A stretch of 64,000 nt of DNA from Ilumatobacteraceae bacterium (GTDB taxonomy: Bacteria > Actinomycetota > Acidimicrobiia > Acidimicrobiales > Ilumatobacteraceae), in the NCBI GenBank assembly GCA_963708925.1, contig CAVPUO010000005.1, forward strand, positions 170,435 to 234,434, read 5' to 3'. Within the stretch, counting starts at the first letter, position 1. Each line of letters starts with the position of its first letter. A program made the translations under genes and the position numbers. The notes below the pieces were generated by a model. It did not search any database and had not been told where the DNA came from. It worked only from the letters and a program-made list of their open reading frames with translations. Positions 60,676 through 64,000 of the stretch are shown piece after piece.

Positions 60676-61071
60676 ATGCCAGCTTTCCCGCCCCTGACGC
60701 ACGTCGCCCTCACGGTCCGCGATCTGTCAGTGAGTGTTCCCTGGTACGAGGCGCTATTCGAGGCACGTGCGGTGCTCGACGAAGACACCGACCCTGGTTT
60801 CCACCACACCGTCTATCTCCTCGGCAACACCCTGGTCGGCTTGCACCAACACGAGCAACCGGCGCCCGACGAGACCTTCAGCGAGTTCCGCATCGGTCTC
60901 GACCACGTGGCGTTCGGCTGCGCCGATCGCGCTGAACTCGAGAATTGGGTTCTGCGCCTCGACGAGCTCGGAATCGCCCACGGCGGCATCAAGGACGCTA
61001 CATACGGTTCCGGGGTGAGCTTCCGGGATCCCGACGGCATCCCGCTGGAACTGTTCGCTCCGCCAGGCTGA
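60676..61071 (+). CDS. VOC (glyoxalase I-like) family protein
   Basis: AAGGAG lies 8 nt upstream of the ATG at 60676. Contains LTHVALTVRDLSVSVPWYEALF, GLDHVAF and VSFRDPDGIPLELF. Confidence 0.8.
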   Translation: MPAFPPLTHVALTVRDLSVSVPWYEALFEARAVLDEDTDPGFHHTVYLLGNTLVGLHQHEQPAPDETFSEFRIGLDHVAFGCADRAELENWVLRLDELGIAHGGIKDATYGSGVSFRDPDGIPLELFAPPG

Positions 61072-61086
61072 TCTGCGTTCTCTTTC

Positions 61087-61107
61087 GTGGAGCTGAGGGG
61101 AATTGAA
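61087..61107 (-). repeat. Direct repeat copy 2 (identical 21-mer)
   Basis: Exact match to 57598-57618. It forms the 3' end of the tRNA-like remnant at 61088-61140. Confidence 0.7.
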
Positions 61108-61140
61108 ACCCTGACCCGTTCCATGCCATGGGCAAGCCCC
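61088..61140 (-). other. Degenerate tRNA-Ala(GGC)-like remnant (53 nt, D-arm missing; not a foldable cloverleaf)
   Basis: The minus strand reads GGGGCTT GCCC ATGGCAT GGAAC GGGTC AGGGT TTCAATT CCCCT CAGCTCC A. The acceptor halves pair with a G3:U70-type wobble. There is a T-GGC-A anticodon-loop-like heptamer, and the T-arm has 4 of 5 pairs. No D-arm is present and the anticodon stem is broken. Confidence 0.45.
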
Positions 61141-61213
61141 AACGCGAAGAAATGTAGTTCCTCCGTGATGAGCGTTGAAACAATCACTCCGAGCCATCGA
61201 GCGCGGCGCCCTG

Positions 61214-63972
61214 TCAGCCTGCCAATTGCTGCCGCACGGCGTACGCGGCGATTTCGGCGCGCTTGACGGCGCCGAGCTTGTCGAGGATGTGCCCGACGTG
61301 GACGCTGACGGTGCGCGGCGAGATGTGAAGCCGGGCGCCGATCTCGATGTTCGTCAGGCCGCGACTGACCTGGACCGCCACCTCACGTTCGCGGTCGCTC
61401 AGCAGAACGTCTCGGCCTGATCTCGGAGGTCGCCCACCGAGCGATCGCAACAACTGCACCGACTCGTCGAGGTCGGGCCCTGGCCAGTTACCGACCGCTG
61501 TGACAGCTGAGGTCGCCCAACGTCTCGCCTCGCCGCGGTCTCCCAAGGCATTCCAACAGCGGGCGATGCCACGGTGCGCGTCGGCGACCACAGTGGCGGC
61601 GCGACGTGGCAGGCCCTCCAGCGATCGAATGTACGCATCGCGAGCATTGACATGGTCTGTCGCGTGTTCGGCTGCAATCGCACAGAGGTGGTGGTAGATC
61701 GAATTTCCGTCCGGATCGCCGGCAGCCCAATCACGCCACTCGGCGACGGCGGCATCGGCTGCGTTCTTCGACGTTCGGGCAAGTGCGAGCAACGCCTGCC
61801 CGAGTTGGTCGAGATGGTCGAGCATGTACCGGGTGAGGCGAGCATCGGGGTGCATGAGTTCCTCCACGATTCGGACGGCGTCTTCACCCCCGCGCAGTCG
61901 CAACGTGGCATCGACTGTTCGCATCCATGCACCCTGCGTGTGCCCAACGCGACCTCCCATACGTGCGCTGATGGTGTCGAGCCGCTGGCGCGCAGACGCG
62001 TCGTGGCCCCCACCGGCGTCGATTCCGGCAGCGAAGATCGCGAGACAGCCCGAGCTGGTGGGCTCGCCCGGACCCAACCAGCCGAGTGCATCGAGCGCCG
62101 CCTGCTGATTGCCGTCCCGCTCGGCCAGCAATCCGCGGAACAAGGCGATCTGCTCGCCGAACTGTGCACCCAATCCGCCACCGAAGACGATCGTCTCGAG
62201 CCGATCGATCAGCGCCAAAGCATCGTCGTCGTGCGTGTACACCACTTCGCACAGCAGGTTGTTGATCGCGCGGCACTGCAGCACGGAGTCGCCCGCGGAT
62301 TCGGCCAGATCGACGACGCGGCGCAACATGGCCCGACCTTCGCCACGCCGTCCCGGAGCATCGGTCAACGCTGCTCCGAGGTTGACGAACACGGTGGCCG
62401 GAACCACTCCGACTTCCGCGAACGCTGCAGAGGCCTGTTCGGCCCAGAAGATGGCATCGACGTCGCTGGAGAGCATCGTCACCTCCGCCAGCACATCGAA
62501 GATTCGCAAGCGATCGCCGTCGCGAGCAGTTCTCAGCAGATCCTTCAAAGCGTCGACGTGAACGCGGAACACCGCGAAGTCGCCGGCGTCCCTGGCCAGA
62601 CGGGCAAGCAGTCGATGCATGTCGGCACGCAACGCGAGATCGGCCTCGGGGGCAAGCGACAGTGTTCGCTCAGCAGCCCCGCGAGCCTGGTCTGGTCGGC
62701 CCAGTTGCCACGCCGCCCGGGCGGCGACCGAGTTCAGCGAGACGTCGCACGAGTCGACCTGCAGGCCCGCGGTAGCCATTCGCTCCGCCATTGCCGGTCG
62801 ACCGCCCGCGACCGCGACCGTGGCTCCTTTCCGGGCAGCCTCCAAGGTCTTCGCGGTGTCTCTCGCCAGAATCGCGTGTCGGAGGATCTTCACCGGAGGT
62901 GTGTCGTCGGGCGCCACTTCGAGAGCGCGCCGGTGGAGGGCAACGCATTCACGCGACAGCAGCGCACTCTCGACGACTTCGCGGGTGAGTGCGTGCACGA
63001 ACGTGAAACAGTCGGGCGTGGATTCGACGAGCAGTTGCGCGTCGCACAGTTTGCGCAGTGCGGCAACCTGGCGGCTCTCCGCGAGATCCGTGAACGCAGA
63101 CAGTTCGTCGAACGTGTTGGACGGGCCGAGCACAGCCGCCGCGTGCAGGACAGACCGAGTCGTCTCGTCGAGGCGGACGAGGCGACGACGAACAGACTCC
63201 ACGATGGTGCTGGGCAGTGCCGAGATCGACGGTTCGCCGCCGAGCTCCCCAGTGTCGATGAGCTGATGCAGCAGCAGCGGATGACCGCCGGTTCGATCAT
63301 GAACGTCGTCGGCCATCGCCGTGGCAGCCACGCCGATCGAGGCATGCAGCAGCCGTCGCACATCCTCGACACCGAGTGGTCCGAGATCCAGCCTCTCGAC
63401 GGTCACTCGGCGTGTCATATCGTCGAGCAGATCGGAGAACGCAGACGTGTCGTCATCGTTCCGCCGAGTGATCACGACTGAACAGGGCAGCTCACTGCAC
63501 ACGATGCGCCTGACGGCGGCAAAGAGATCAGCATCGCTCCAGTGCAAGTCGTCCAGGACGAGCAGCCCACGAGTACGGGCGAGGATCTGTGCCAGCGTGG
63601 CGACGACCCCGTCGCAGAGCTCTGCGGGCCCGAGCTCTCGATCGGTCCGGCCGCCCACCGGTGCTCGCCCGAACAACGATCCAATCACGTCTCGATGGCG
63701 ACGGAGCCCATCGGGCAACGCCGTCCACTCAGCGACGTACCGGTCGAGGGCTTCAGCCAGCGGACCGAGCGGACGCGGTCGTCGCGGTCGGCCGTGCCCC
63801 GCATGATCACCGGTGTGGCCGGCAGGCTGGGAACAGCTTCGTCCAACATGCGTGTCTTGCCGATGCCCGCTTCGCCTTCGACGACGACCAGCCGCACGCC
63901 CGCGTCCACGGCATGATGGAATCGTCTGACGTCGCTGTCCCGTCCGACAAATGGCCGCGCCGCCAGATGCAT
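61214..63972 (-). pseudogene. Large ATPase-LuxR (LAL/MalT-like) transcriptional regulator, one frame hop near 63775
   Basis: The N-terminal P-loop VVVEGEAGIGKTRML is in ORF 63685..63972. It continues RPLGPLAEALDRYVAEWTALPDGL...LVLDDLHWSD, a long helical-repeat region and the C-terminal LuxR HTH LSDREREVAVQVSRGLTNIEIGARLHISPRTVSVHVGHILDKLG in ORF 61214..63718. Confidence 0.8.
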
Positions 63973-64000
63973 GTGCCGAAGCCTACGTCCCGACCCGAAG

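Noticed and set aside
61574-63481. 635-aa ORF on the plus strand
   Set aside because: It is antisense to the LuxR/LAL regulator, which has a clear P-loop and HTH on the minus strand.

Overview
This is a GC-rich, gene-dense chromosomal segment. Its gene repertoire looks Actinomycetota-like: two MMPL/RND transporters, OtsA, Ku plus LigD for NHEJ, a DinB/DUF664 protein, a large ATPase-LuxR regulator and many Gfo/VOC/SRPBCC-type enzymes. I call about 50 protein-coding loci plus a few regulatory and repeat features.

Functional themes:
- Trehalose/alpha-glucan metabolism: a GT4 glycosyltransferase, otsA, a HAD phosphatase and a GDE-like enzyme at 9.3-14.7 kb, and a GH65 phosphorylase with beta-phosphoglucomutase at 51-54 kb.
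- An inositol-like sugar catabolic locus with its own LacI repressor and two perfect palindromic operators (39.5-46.4 kb).
- NHEJ repair (Ku plus a ligase-less LigD).
- Envelope and secreted proteins.

I found no rRNA, intact tRNA, CRISPR array, transposase, integrase or recognisable defence system.

Most notable observations:
1. About 40 reading-frame breaks (my by-eye count) affect about 22 otherwise family-typical genes. They are very unevenly distributed: dense in the first 36 kb and absent from 36.96-50.10 kb. This indicates either regionally poor assembly or polishing, or real gene decay.
2. A 21-bp perfect direct repeat looks like the 3' end of a tRNA-Ala (or tmRNA). It occurs at 57598 and at 61087. 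The second copy sits inside a 53-nt degenerate tRNA-Ala(GGC)-like remnant. The two copies bracket an orphan double-FtsX permease and a VOC gene, which looks like the scar of an old site-specific integration.
3. Two secreted proteins share an uncharacterised module of about 100 aa with a VR-x-DTR motif. One carries three tandem copies behind an SGNH hydrolase domain. The other carries one copy plus a short collagen-like Gly-X-Y run.
4. The only AT-rich stretch in the window is a divergent promoter at 57.1 kb.

I did not find a convincing multi-gene novel system. The best candidates for follow-up are the uncharacterised cluster at 54.3-57.5 kb and the repeat-bracketed segment at 57.6-61.1 kb.

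All family assignments come from motif recognition in the supplied translations, not from database searches.
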